Shown here piece by piece: positions 41,981 through 50,653 of a DNA stretch of 50,781 nucleotides (within the stretch, counting starts at the first letter, position 1; each line of letters opens with the position of its first letter). Under the pieces are notes generated by a model. The model was not told the DNA's origin and searched no databases. It saw only the letters and a program-made list of their open reading frames with translations. The DNA lies in NCBI GenBank assembly GCA_043739165.1, contig JAYUEP010000082.1, positions 1-50,781 on the forward strand, in the 5' to 3' direction. The position numbers and the translations under genes are program-made. Origin of the DNA: Hyphomicrobiales bacterium. Its GTDB lineage: Bacteria; Pseudomonadota; Alphaproteobacteria; Rhizobiales; Aestuariivirgaceae.

Positions 41981-42528
41981 ATGTCAGAAGAAATTGCGAC
42001 TTCCGAAAGCCCATTGTTGCGCCTGTTTCAACGCAAGGATGCCAAGGGCCAAACCTATATTGATGCCAGGCAATTTGCAGCGGGTGAAAAACTGCGCAGT
42101 GACTATGAACGCGCCCACCTTTCAGGTCGCGTCGTCAGCGCCTATGCGGAATCAGCAGGCTCCGGCGGCAGCATTGGCAAATGAGTGACAACGCCATTGA
42201 GAAATTGACCTTGGGAACACTGAAAGCCCGCCAACGCCTGCAGGCGGCATTCGAAGCGGTTGGGCCAGAACTGTCAGGCGTTCTCTATCAGGTCTGCTGC
42301 ATTGCTTCTGGCTTTGAAACTGCTGAAGCCATTCTCGCCTTGCCGCCACGCAGTGGCAAAGCTGTTCTGGCCTTGGGCCTCACGCGTCTTGCCCGCCATT
42401 ACGGCCTTATCCGCCCACATGCGCCGCGGCAGCGCGATGTCTTGGCCCACTGGGCCATGGATGACTACCGCCCGTGCATCATGCCACGAGAAGGGGGCGT
42501 TAAACCGCCGCCGCGGCATCCGCCTTGA
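41981..42528 (+). pseudogene. DUF6456 protein (GafA C-terminal/GafZ-like), split by a frameshift
   Basis: 41981-42184 has ESPL..L..RKD..G....AGEKLR.DY; 42181-42528 has AR.RL..A...VGPELSGVL..VCC..G...E......RSGK.VL.L.L.RLARHYG; next to sufE. Confidence 0.8.
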
Positions 42529-42919
42529 TCCGCGCCACCATCGAGGCGAGGCCGTTGGAACGTTGCGGCGTCAAATGTTCTTTCAACCCTAGCAGCCCAA
42601 ATTGTTTGAGTGCGTCATAGGCGACAATCTCACGCGCGGTGAGTGGCGCAAACATGATGAAGACCACGGCAATCAAACCTTTGACGATGAGCGCATCGCT
42701 GTCACCTTGCAGACGCAGCTGCCGCCCGTGCGGGCCGTCAAAAGCCGTGGTGTGGATCCACACTTGGCTGGCACAGCCCGAAACCTTGGTCGCCGCCGTC
42801 TTCAGCGCGTCATCCATCGGCGGTAGCGCGCGGCCCAATTCGATCACATGGCGGTAACGATCTTCCCACTCGTCGAGAAATTCAAAATCGGAGATGAGGT
42901 CTTCAATCGTCTGCGCCAT
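42500..42919 (-). CDS. sufE: SufE family protein
   Basis: WEDRY..IELG, VSGCASQVW, GDSDALIVKGL, LTPQRSNGL. Confidence 0.93.
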   Translation of the reverse strand: MAQTIEDLISDFEFLDEWEDRYRHVIELGRALPPMDDALKTAATKVSGCASQVWIHTTAFDGPHGRQLRLQGDSDALIVKGLIAVVFIMFAPLTAREIVAYDALKQFGLLGLKEHLTPQRSNGLASMVARIKADAAAAV

Positions 42920-42968
42920 GGCGAGGGGAATATCACGCCGCTTGGTCAACACAAACCTAATCGCTGAA

Positions 42969-43376
42969 CTATTCCTCTGTGCTGCGCAGCAGGTCTTCAA
43001 TCTTGCTGGGCTTCGCTTCAGTCAAAGTAGCCAGCCGCAGTGGGGGTGTAACTTTGGTGTGTTTCGGCACGGCGGCTGTCTCGGCGATCTGCTCTTGATT
43101 TGCCGCCATCGGATTGGCCCATTCATAGAGCAGGCGCGCGGTATATTTCGCTTTGTTCTCAAGCGTATAGGCGAGATATTGCCCGATCACGCAAGCTTGC
43201 GGCCGGCGCTGGCAGAAACCCTTGAAATCTGCAACCGTGTCAGCGGCCGCAGTAATAGTGGCAAAGGTCGATGACTGAAAATTCGCTTGGCCACCTGCCA
43301 TCTGCTGAACTGCAGGCGGCGAGGGCAGGGCCAAAAGAACGCCGCCCAGAACGATTGCTTTGCGAATAAGTCCCAT
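42969..43376 (-). CDS. DUF5330-like protein
   Basis: N-terminal hydrophobic segment, D..GFC.R.P.AC motif, position next to sufE. Confidence 0.7.
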   Translation of the reverse strand: MGLIRKAIVLGGVLLALPSPPAVQQMAGGQANFQSSTFATITAAADTVADFKGFCQRRPQACVIGQYLAYTLENKAKYTARLLYEWANPMAANQEQIAETAAVPKHTKVTPPLRLATLTEAKPSKIEDLLRSTEE

Positions 43377-43572
43377 CTTCGTGCCAGTTCCGTTGTTATT
43401 GTTATCCAGCAAGCACTTTTTAGCAGAAACGCGTTGCTGTCGCGTGAAGCGGGTCGCTCAAATCCGTGCGGATTGATTAGCCAGCTGTTAACTTTGGCCC
43501 GGCAAATTGGGTTAAGATTTGAGGTTGGGCGTGGCGCGCGTAAGAGATGTCATTGAAGACGACGAGTGGAAA

Positions 43573-44229
43573 ATGAAACCACTCTCGATGTTGCTCACGG
43601 TTTCGGCCGGCATTTTGGGCAGCATGATTATCTATAATGCCCTGTTTCATCAGCCGGGGCGCTCTGTTGTGGCCCAATCTCTGCCCGGCGGCGCCACCAC
43701 GCATATCGATGTGCCCGGCCCCGGTGATGCGGCAACTACGGTGATGTTGAAATATGATCCACTGATCGAAGATGCGCAGCGTGAGCTTTTGGCCCTCGGC
43801 CTGTTCAAGGGCATGGTCGACGGGGTGAACGGCCAGCGCACCAAACAGGCCATTCTGCAATATCAGCAGATGAACGGTTTGCCCCCCACAGGCGAGGCCA
43901 CGGAAGATGTGATCAACCACATCAAATTCACCAGGAAGGTTCAGGCCGCCGCGCAATTCACTGGCAGCGTGGCACCCATTGTCGCCGCGCAAGCCAAGGC
44001 ACTAGTCCCGGATATTCCAGGCCCCGTCTTGGCCACAGCGCCCGATCAACGGATCAAGAAGGTGCAAGTGGCTCTCGCGGGGCTGGGTTATGACATCAAC
44101 AAGATGGATGGCAAAGCCAACGAAGAAACCCGCGCCGCCATTTTGAAATATGAAATGGATAATGGCCTGGACATGGTGGGCGCCATTGATGGCGGGCTGC
44201 TTGCGGCGCTTAAAATCTCCGCGAACTAA
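43573..44229 (+). CDS. Peptidoglycan-binding domain protein (two PG_binding_1-like repeats)
   Basis: TM then NALF.Q; two Q..L..LG....DG..G/N..T..AI..Y repeats. Confidence 0.85.
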   Translation: MKPLSMLLTVSAGILGSMIIYNALFHQPGRSVVAQSLPGGATTHIDVPGPGDAATTVMLKYDPLIEDAQRELLALGLFKGMVDGVNGQRTKQAILQYQQMNGLPPTGEATEDVINHIKFTRKVQAAAQFTGSVAPIVAAQAKALVPDIPGPVLATAPDQRIKKVQVALAGLGYDINKMDGKANEETRAAILKYEMDNGLDMVGAIDGGLLAALKISAN

Positions 44230-44242
44230 GTCCCCCAAAAAC

Positions 44243-44270
44243 AAAACCGCCAGCTCGCGCCAGCGGTTTT
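44243..44270. terminator. Bidirectional terminator candidate
   Basis: AAAACCGC...GCGGTTTT between convergent genes. Confidence 0.55.
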
Positions 44271-44294
44271 CAAATCTCACACCTGCAAATGATC

Positions 44295-44564
44295 TTAGAA
44301 CGCAGCGCCGCCTGATGGGGCACCGAAGCGCTTGGGCTTCTCAATCTTCTTTGGCGGTGGCAGCAGGCCTTCGCGCTGCATCTTCTTGCGGGCCAGCTTG
44401 CGCGCGCGGCGCACGGCTTCGGCCTGCTCGCGGGCCTTCTTCTCGGATGGCTTCTCAAACGCGCCACGCATCTTCATCTCGCGGAAAATGCCTTCACGTT
44501 GCATCTTCTTTTTGAGAACTTTCAGGGCCTGATCGACATTGTTGTCACGGACGATAACTTGCAA
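44295..44564 (-). CDS. rpsU: 30S ribosomal protein S21
   Basis: [31 protein letters not shown]. Confidence 0.97.
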   Translation of the reverse strand: MQVIVRDNNVDQALKVLKKKMQREGIFREMKMRGAFEKPSEKKAREQAEAVRRARKLARKKMQREGLLPPPKKIEKPKRFGAPSGGAAF

Positions 44565-44645
44565 GCGAACCTCGGGTCTTTAAACAGTTGATGAATGAAA
44601 AAGGGCCTGTCTGGCCCCAAAGTGGGCGGGTCGTATCACATGGTT

Positions 44646-45719
44646 TCAGCCTTGTCGAGGGCTGATCTTGTTGAAATGTCCCATTTTGCGATCCCGCCGC
44701 GCTTCGGTCTTTCCATAGAGATGGAGGCCGGTTTGGGGGCTGGCGGCCAGCTCGGACCAAAGATTGGCCTCTTCGCCCAAAAGGTTGGTCATCACCACGT
44801 CAGAATGCCGGAAGGTTGACCCCAAGGGCCAGGCAGCCACGGCGCGCATATGCTGCTCGAACTGGCTGATGACACAGGCGTCCATCGTCCAATGGCCGGA
44901 ATTGTGCACCCGTGGCGCAATCTCATTCACATAGAGCACATCTGGGCCGACAAAAAACTCGACTGCCAGAACCCCCACATAGTCCAAGGCCTCGGACATG
45001 CGCTGGGCGATATAGACAGCCTCCACCGCCAGTTCCGGCGCGATCTTGGCAGGCACGGTTGAGGAGTGGAGGATGTGGTTGCGGTGAACATTCTCCGTCA
45101 CTTCATAAGCCGCAAACTGCCCGTCAATACCGCGCGCGCAAATGACCGAAACCTCCTTTTCGAAACTCACAAAGCTTTCAAGAATGGCGGGCTGATTCTT
45201 AATGGCGGCCCAGGCAGGCTCAACATCCGCCGCCGATGTGATCTTGGCTTGGCCCTTGCCGTCATATCCCATGCGTGTGGTTTTGAGAACGGCGGGCAGG
45301 CCCACCTCTTGCAAGGCGCGGCGCAGATCATCGAGCATATTCACCGCGCGGAACTCTGCCGTCATCGCACCCAGCTCTCGCGCCTGGGCTTTTTCTTTGA
45401 GGCGGTCTTGTGCGACACGCAAGGCCTTTGACCCAGGGCGCACAGGTTTCAATTTTTCAAGAAAAGTCACAGCCCCGACCGGAACATTTTCGAATTCATA
45501 AGTGATGGCATCAACCTCGGCGGCAAACTCCAACAGGGCATTTTGATCCGTGTACTGAGCAACAATATGAGAGGCCGCAACCCGAAAGGCCGGGCTGTCA
45601 TGTTCCGGGGCAAAAATCCGCGCATTCAAACCGAGCCGCGCCGCAGCCAGCGCCAACATGCGCGCTAATTGCCCGCCACCCAAAATGCCGATGGTGGATC
45701 CCGGTGGAAGCGCCTGCAT
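44646..45719 (-). CDS. purK: N5-carboxyaminoimidazole ribonucleotide synthase
   Basis: GGGQL.RM, YEFENV, GYDGKGQ, NEIAPRVHNSGH, RKMGH. Confidence 0.96.
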   Translation of the reverse strand: MQALPPGSTIGILGGGQLARMLALAAARLGLNARIFAPEHDSPAFRVAASHIVAQYTDQNALLEFAAEVDAITYEFENVPVGAVTFLEKLKPVRPGSKALRVAQDRLKEKAQARELGAMTAEFRAVNMLDDLRRALQEVGLPAVLKTTRMGYDGKGQAKITSAADVEPAWAAIKNQPAILESFVSFEKEVSVICARGIDGQFAAYEVTENVHRNHILHSSTVPAKIAPELAVEAVYIAQRMSEALDYVGVLAVEFFVGPDVLYVNEIAPRVHNSGHWTMDACVISQFEQHMRAVAAWPLGSTFRHSDVVMTNLLGEEANLWSELAASPQTGLHLYGKTEARRDRKMGHFNKISPRQG

Positions 45720-46222
45720 CAGGCCTCATCCTTGGGGGCCGCCGCGACGGAAGCGGTTTGCTTGGCATTCCAGGCCTCAAGCCGCTTGGCCAGCATCTCA
45801 TCCTGCAAAGCCAGAACTCGCGCGGCCAGCAGCGCAGCATTGATGGCTCCCGGCTTGCCGATGGCCAAAGTGCCAACCGGAATGCCGCCCGGCATCTGCA
45901 CAATCGAGAGCAGCGAATCCTGTCCCGACAAGGCCTTTGATTCGACCGGCACGCCGAAAACCGGCAGCGTCGTCAGAGATGCCGTCATGCCCGGCAAATG
46001 CGCCGCACCACCAGCCCCCGCAATGATCACCTTGAAACCTGCGGCCTTGGCGCTTTTCGCAAATTCATACATGCGTTCCGGCGTGCGGTGCGCCGAGACA
46101 ATCTTGCTCTCATGTGCAACGCCCAAGGCATCCAAAGTTTCAGCGGCATGTTTCATCGTGGCCCAATCCGATTGGCTGCCCATGATGATAGCGACTTGTG
46201 GTCTCAACGGACTGTCCTTCAC
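45719..46222 (-). CDS. purE: N5-CAIR mutase
   Basis: [34 protein letters not shown]. Confidence 0.97.
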   Translation of the reverse strand: MKDSPLRPQVAIIMGSQSDWATMKHAAETLDALGVAHESKIVSAHRTPERMYEFAKSAKAAGFKVIIAGAGGAAHLPGMTASLTTLPVFGVPVESKALSGQDSLLSIVQMPGGIPVGTLAIGKPGAINAALLAARVLALQDEMLAKRLEAWNAKQTASVAAAPKDEA

Positions 46223-46425
46223 GCGATGATATCTGGGATAAGCATGTTTTCGATTTGTGAAATTTGGTCTTTGAGGCCAAGTTTCATTTTTTTCAAGCGT
46301 TGAAGTTGCAACGGGTCGGCCTTGCCAGATTTGCCAAAGGCTTCGATGGCGGCATCAAGATCGCGGTGTTGATGATAGAGGTTTTGCAACTTGGCGCGCA
46401 GTTGAACTTCTTGCAGCATGTCCAT
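46219..46425 (-). CDS. YdcH/DUF465 family small protein
   Basis: [26 protein letters not shown]. Confidence 0.85.
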   Translation of the reverse strand: MDMLQEVQLRAKLQNLYHQHRDLDAAIEAFGKSGKADPLQLQRLKKMKLGLKDQISQIENMLIPDIIA

Positions 46426-46576
46426 TTGGAAAACTTTAACCCCTTCGCCGCAGAATCTCGAATTCTTTCCCTAAGCCTGCCTGTTTCATTCGACAAGGGG
46501 CGAATTCTATGTCATCATTCTGTCATGGCGAAATGCCTGTGACGCTGAGTTTCAATGACCCTTTCAGGAGATTTGA

Positions 46577-46759
46577 ATGAGCCTTAAGAACCACCTCAAT
46601 GAATTGATGATGAAGCACCGCGCTTTGGAAAAAGAGCTGGAAGATGCGATGGCGCATCCCGCCACGAATGATTCGCTCGTGGCCGAAATCAAGCGAAGAA
46701 AGCTTCGGGTGAAAGACGAAATCACCAAAATCGAAAAAGACCTGGCCCAAGCCGCCTAA
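46577..46759 (+). CDS. YdcH/DUF465 family small protein
   Basis: HL.EL..KH.ALE..IKRRKL.VKDEI; strong RBS AGGAG. Confidence 0.85.
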   Translation: MSLKNHLNELMMKHRALEKELEDAMAHPATNDSLVAEIKRRKLRVKDEITKIEKDLAQAA

Positions 46760-46762
46760 GTT

Positions 46763-47155
46763 TCAGGCTTTCGGTTCCAGCAAGTCCCAGCGGTTGCCGT
46801 AAAGATCCTCAAACACGGCAACCGTGCCGTAGGCTTCTGTTCGCGGGTCTTCGAGAAATCGAACCCCCGCGCCCAGCATCGCTTTGTGGTCACGCACAAA
46901 ATCATCTGTATGCAAGAAAAAACCTACCCGCCCGCCAGCGGCCTTGCCGATATATTGGGCTTGTTCCGGTGTTGACGCCTCAGCCAAAAGGAATCGCCCG
47001 CCACGTTCCGTGTCTGGCCCCATGACAACCCAACGTTTGCCACCGCCCATGTCCGCGTTCTCAAACAACCTGAAGCCAAGCGCCGTCTGAAACCACGCAA
47101 TGGCCTCGTCATAGTTACGCACGAGATAGGTGATGAGAGCGATGAGTTGGGGCAT
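46763..47155 (-). CDS. VOC/glyoxalase family protein
   Basis: YDEAI, KRWV, GGRV.FFL.TDDF, YGTVAVFEDLYGNRWDL. Confidence 0.9.
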   Translation of the reverse strand: MPQLIALITYLVRNYDEAIAWFQTALGFRLFENADMGGGKRWVVMGPDTERGGRFLLAEASTPEQAQYIGKAAGGRVGFFLHTDDFVRDHKAMLGAGVRFLEDPRTEAYGTVAVFEDLYGNRWDLLEPKA

Positions 47156-47182
47156 ATGAAAAACCTAATGCAACTCACCCCA

Positions 47183-47211
47183 TTGCACAATGCACCGCGT
47201 GGTTCCATATA
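47183..47211 (+). promoter_or_regulatory. Promoter of 6S RNA
   Basis: TTGCAC-N17-CATATA, 7 nt before the RNA 5' end. Confidence 0.6.
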
Positions 47212-47217
47212 GCTCTC

Positions 47218-47381
47218 GGCGATGCTGCCCGGTTCGTGATGGAACTCTAATTTCCCAGGGCCTATAAACGATTAACTCGGGAGCTGTCCCTGTGCCGGAC
47301 CGTGGTCTGGCGTAAACGGCGCCCACCTACGCAAGTAGGGACCAGGGATCGTTGGTTCCCACGGCCACGGCGGCTCGCCAC
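47218..47381 (+). ncRNA. ssrS: 6S RNA
   Basis: About 160 nt with pairing ends (GGCGA/TCGCC); alphaproteobacterial 6S-like cores CCCAGGG, GGGAGCTGTCCCTG, CGGCGCCCACC. Confidence 0.85.
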
Positions 47382-47393
47382 TTTCACGCATCC

Positions 47394-47437
47394 AAAACAA
47401 AAAGCCCGCAAGGGCAGCTCGCGGGCTTGGTTTTGTT
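47394..47437. terminator. Bidirectional terminator
   Basis: AAGCCCGC...GCGGGCTT stem flanked by A-rich and T-rich tracts, between 6S RNA and the convergent small gene. Confidence 0.7.
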
Positions 47438-47465
47438 CAAATGTGAAATATCTGTTCGCAGTGAA

Positions 47466-47648
47466 TCAATACTTCTTCATCATGTGATGCTTCATCTTGT
47501 GCTTCATCATCATCATGTGGTGCTTCTTGTGTTTCATCATCATGTGATGCTTCTTCATCATCATGGCTGCGTTTGCAGGAGCAGCCAGCGAAGCGCCGCC
47601 GACGGCGAGCGCCAAAACAGCCGCAAGGATCTTGATCGAATTCTTCAT
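47466..47648 (-). CDS. Secreted Met/Lys/His-rich peptide (60 aa)
   Basis: GGAGAG RBS; Sec signal MKNSIKILAAVLALAVGGASLAAPANA followed by AMMMKKHHMMMKHKKHHMMMMKHKMKHHMMKKY. Confidence 0.85.
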   Translation of the reverse strand: MKNSIKILAAVLALAVGGASLAAPANAAMMMKKHHMMMKHKKHHMMMMKHKMKHHMMKKY

Positions 47649-47791
47649 GAGTGTCTCTCCGGGAATAACGGCGATCCCCATGATCACCTGCGAGGCAAAC
47701 TCAACCTTTCGATGATCAATTGCCAGTCACATTGGTGTGAGATGCCGTGATCGGAACAATCCAAGAGGTTCAAAACAGGCCCGGAATTGGC

Positions 47792-48148
47792 CTATTCCTG
47801 CATGATTTTCGCCAGACCTTCGAGCCGTTGTGCGGCGCGGTCCAGATGCGTGGTGAGATTTGTTTCGAGCGTCTTGAGCTGTGTCTGCGCCAGGTTGCGG
47901 CTTTCGCGCAGGCCCTGCACCTGATCTTCCAGCGCCTCGATTTTCGCGATCGCTTCGCTCAAACGGTCCGCCACCATCAAGCCACTCATCACCAACAGGC
48001 GAATGTCGCCGATGGAACCGACGCTTTGCTTGATGCGTGACACTTCCGTGTCGAGAAGCGACGCCAATTCGCGCAAATGGCCTTCTTCACCATCCGGGCA
48101 TTGCATGGTGTAGGGACGGTCCGCAACGGTCACAACAACATTGGCCAT
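47792..48148 (-). CDS. zapA: Cell division protein ZapA
   Basis: V.V.V..R.Y.M.C..GEE.HL, GD.RLLVM.GL.VAD, C-terminal coiled coil. Confidence 0.92.
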   Translation of the reverse strand: MANVVVTVADRPYTMQCPDGEEGHLRELASLLDTEVSRIKQSVGSIGDIRLLVMSGLMVADRLSEAIAKIEALEDQVQGLRESRNLAQTQLKTLETNLTTHLDRAAQRLEGLAKIMQE

Positions 48149-48151
48149 TGC

Positions 48152-48436
48152 CTAAGCCCCGCTGTTCGAATGCAGCACGGACCGGATGCGCCCCATGGCA
48201 GTGTCAATCTTGCCGGCGGCCTGCTTTGAGGTGTCAACCAGCTCGGCCGCCTTCTGGCGCACTTGGCTAAGTTGTTCCTGCAGTTTGATCTGGTCGCGTT
48301 GTGTTGATTCAGATCCGCTGGCGAGCGATTTCAACTTGCGTGTTTCATCGACGTGACCCTTGGTCACGGTTTCAAATTGGCCCAACGCTTTCTCGAATCG
48401 TGCGAAAGCCGCATCGAGTTTATTGATCTCAGTCAT
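48152..48436 (-). CDS. DUF4164 coiled-coil protein
   Basis: 94-aa coiled coil ending ID.AM..IRSVL; sits between zapA and tkt. Confidence 0.75.
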   Translation of the reverse strand: MTEINKLDAAFARFEKALGQFETVTKGHVDETRKLKSLASGSESTQRDQIKLQEQLSQVRQKAAELVDTSKQAAGKIDTAMGRIRSVLHSNSGA

Positions 48437-48640
48437 GTTCGCCCCATTGCCGCACTGCGGTTCTGTCACCGATTTCCCTTTTAGCACAAAACCTTGCCCC
48501 GCATAGCTGATTCTTCGGTTGAGCAAAATGGCATTGGGTTGCAGTCAGCGCCGCATTGACAGTCTGGCCTTGCCTGATATGGATAAATTCCCCCGCCAGT
48601 GAAACCTGGCATCTCAAGTCAGCCCATCAGAGAGTTGCCC

Positions 48641-50632
48641 ATGTCCGAGCCAGCATCCGATCAAGCATCAGTTTCCCCCCGCACCATGGCCAATGCCATC
48701 CGAGCTTTGTCGATGGACGCGGTACAAAAAGCCAACAACGGCCACCCCGGAATGCCGATGGGCACGGCTGATGTTGCAACCGCCCTGTTCAAAGATATTT
48801 TGAAGTTTGATGCCTCTGCCCCCCACTGGCCTGACCGCGATCGGTTCATCCTGTCTGCGGGACATGGTTCCATGCTGCTTTATTCTCTGCTGCATCTGAC
48901 GGGTTATAAGGACATGACCATTGAGCAGATCAAGAATTTCCGCGAATATGGTTCAATCACCGCGGGCCACCCCGAATATGGCCACGCCACGGGTATTGAA
49001 ACCACCACCGGGCCTTTGGGCCAGGGCATTGCCAATGCGGTGGGTTTTGCCATTGCCGAACGCCATTTGAACGCGCGTTTCGGTGATGATCTGGTCAATC
49101 ACAAAACCTATGTGATCTGTGGCGATGGTTGCTTGATGGAAGGCATCAGCCAAGAAGCTTTGTCACTGGCAGCACATTTGCGATTGAAGAATTTGATTGT
49201 GATGTGGGATGACAATGGCATCACCATTGATGGCAAAGTGGGCCTGGCCGATTCGACCGACCAGCTTCAGCGTTTTGCCGCTTCGGGTTGGAATGTGGTG
49301 CGCGTGGACGGCATGGACCAGAACGCCGTTTATCAAGCACTCAATACCGCCCAACACGCTGACCGCCCTTCAATGATCGCCTGCCGTACCATCATCGGCT
49401 TTGGCGCCACCAACAAACAGGGCACCAAGGGTGTTCATGGCTCGCCCTTGGGCGCAGATGAAATCGCCGTCGCCCGTAAAGCGTTGGGCTGGGATGCACC
49501 ACCCTTTGTCATTCCAAAAGACATTGCATCGGCTTGGAAAGCCGTGGGATCAAAAGGCAAATCGACGCGTGAAGCGTGGGAAGCGCGTCTTGCTGCCTCG
49601 CCCATGAAGGCCGAATTCAACCGCGTCATGGCGGGCGAATTGCCCAAGAATCTTGATGCCACGATTGCGGCCTATAAGAAGGCGCTGGCCGTCAAACCGC
49701 CCGAAGTTGCCACGCGCAATTCATCGCAGGATGTTTTGAACATCATCAACCCCGTGGTGATTGAAGCCATTGGTGGCTCGGCGGATTTGACCGGATCCAA
49801 CAATACCAATTCCAAAGACATGAAAATTCTTGACGCCGCGAACTATGGCGAACGTTACATTCATTTTGGCATCCGTGAGCATGGCATGGCCGCAGCCATC
49901 AACGGCATGGCGCTGCATGGCGGCGTGATCCCCTATGGGGGCACCTTCTTCTGCTTCACCGATTATTGCCGTCCGTCCATTCGTCTCGCGGCCTTGATGG
50001 GCATTCGCTCGATCTTTGTGATGACGCATGACTCAATTGGCCTCGGTGCCGATGGCCCAACTCACCAACCTGTTGAACATCTTGCTTCGCTGCGCGTGAT
50101 GCCCAATGTGCTGGTACTGCGCCCGTGCGATGCCGTTGAAACTGCGGAATGCTGGCAAATCGCACTTGAGTCGATGAAGACCCCTTCGATCTTGGTGCTC
50201 ACCCGCCAGAAAACAAAGGCCAGCCGTATGGGCTATTCTGCCAAGAATCTCTGTGCCCACGGCGCCTATGAAATTGCGCCCTCAACCAAAAAAGCCAAGG
50301 GCGTGATATTTGCCTCAGGCTCAGAAGTTGAAATCGCCATCGCGGCAAAAGCCACACTCGACAAAAAAGGCATCCCCACACGCGTGGTCTCCGTGCCGTC
50401 GATGGAATTGTTTGAAAAACAAAGCAATGCCTACAAAGCCAGCATCATGGGCACCGAAAAAATCCGCATCGCAGTTGAAGCAGGCGTGAAAACCGGCTGG
50501 GAAAAATTCATCGGCGACAACGGCAAGTTTGTGGGGATGCACGAGTTTGGCGCGAGTGCCCCGGCGGAGATTTTGTACGAGAAGTTCGGGATTACGGCCA
50601 AGGCGGTGGTGAAGGCGGCGAGCGGGAAATAG
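48641..50632 (+). CDS. tkt: Transketolase
   Basis: GHPGMPMG, DRFILSAGHGSMLLY, GDGCLMEG, THDSIGLG.DGPTHQP. Confidence 0.97.
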   Translation: MSEPASDQASVSPRTMANAIRALSMDAVQKANNGHPGMPMGTADVATALFKDILKFDASAPHWPDRDRFILSAGHGSMLLYSLLHLTGYKDMTIEQIKNFREYGSITAGHPEYGHATGIETTTGPLGQGIANAVGFAIAERHLNARFGDDLVNHKTYVICGDGCLMEGISQEALSLAAHLRLKNLIVMWDDNGITIDGKVGLADSTDQLQRFAASGWNVVRVDGMDQNAVYQALNTAQHADRPSMIACRTIIGFGATNKQGTKGVHGSPLGADEIAVARKALGWDAPPFVIPKDIASAWKAVGSKGKSTREAWEARLAASPMKAEFNRVMAGELPKNLDATIAAYKKALAVKPPEVATRNSSQDVLNIINPVVIEAIGGSADLTGSNNTNSKDMKILDAANYGERYIHFGIREHGMAAAINGMALHGGVIPYGGTFFCFTDYCRPSIRLAALMGIRSIFVMTHDSIGLGADGPTHQPVEHLASLRVMPNVLVLRPCDAVETAECWQIALESMKTPSILVLTRQKTKASRMGYSAKNLCAHGAYEIAPSTKKAKGVIFASGSEVEIAIAAKATLDKKGIPTRVVSVPSMELFEKQSNAYKASIMGTEKIRIAVEAGVKTGWEKFIGDNGKFVGMHEFGASAPAEILYEKFGITAKAVVKAASGK

Positions 50633-50653
50633 GTCACCTTTTTGGCATCAGTC

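Noticed and set aside
46219-46759. Two divergent DUF465 genes as a toxin-antitoxin pair
   Set aside because: A common alphaproteobacterial arrangement next to purE; no toxin motif.
47466-47565. Tandem CAT/CTT/GTG microrepeats as a CRISPR array or VNTR, and the His-rich + strand ORF 47352-47750
   Set aside because: No repeat-spacer layout; explained by the Met/Lys/His codons of the - strand gene, which has an RBS and signal peptide.
4300-50632. Numerous long antisense and alternative-frame ORFs over core genes
   Set aside because: Typical shadow ORFs of GC-rich coding DNA, with no recognisable motifs.
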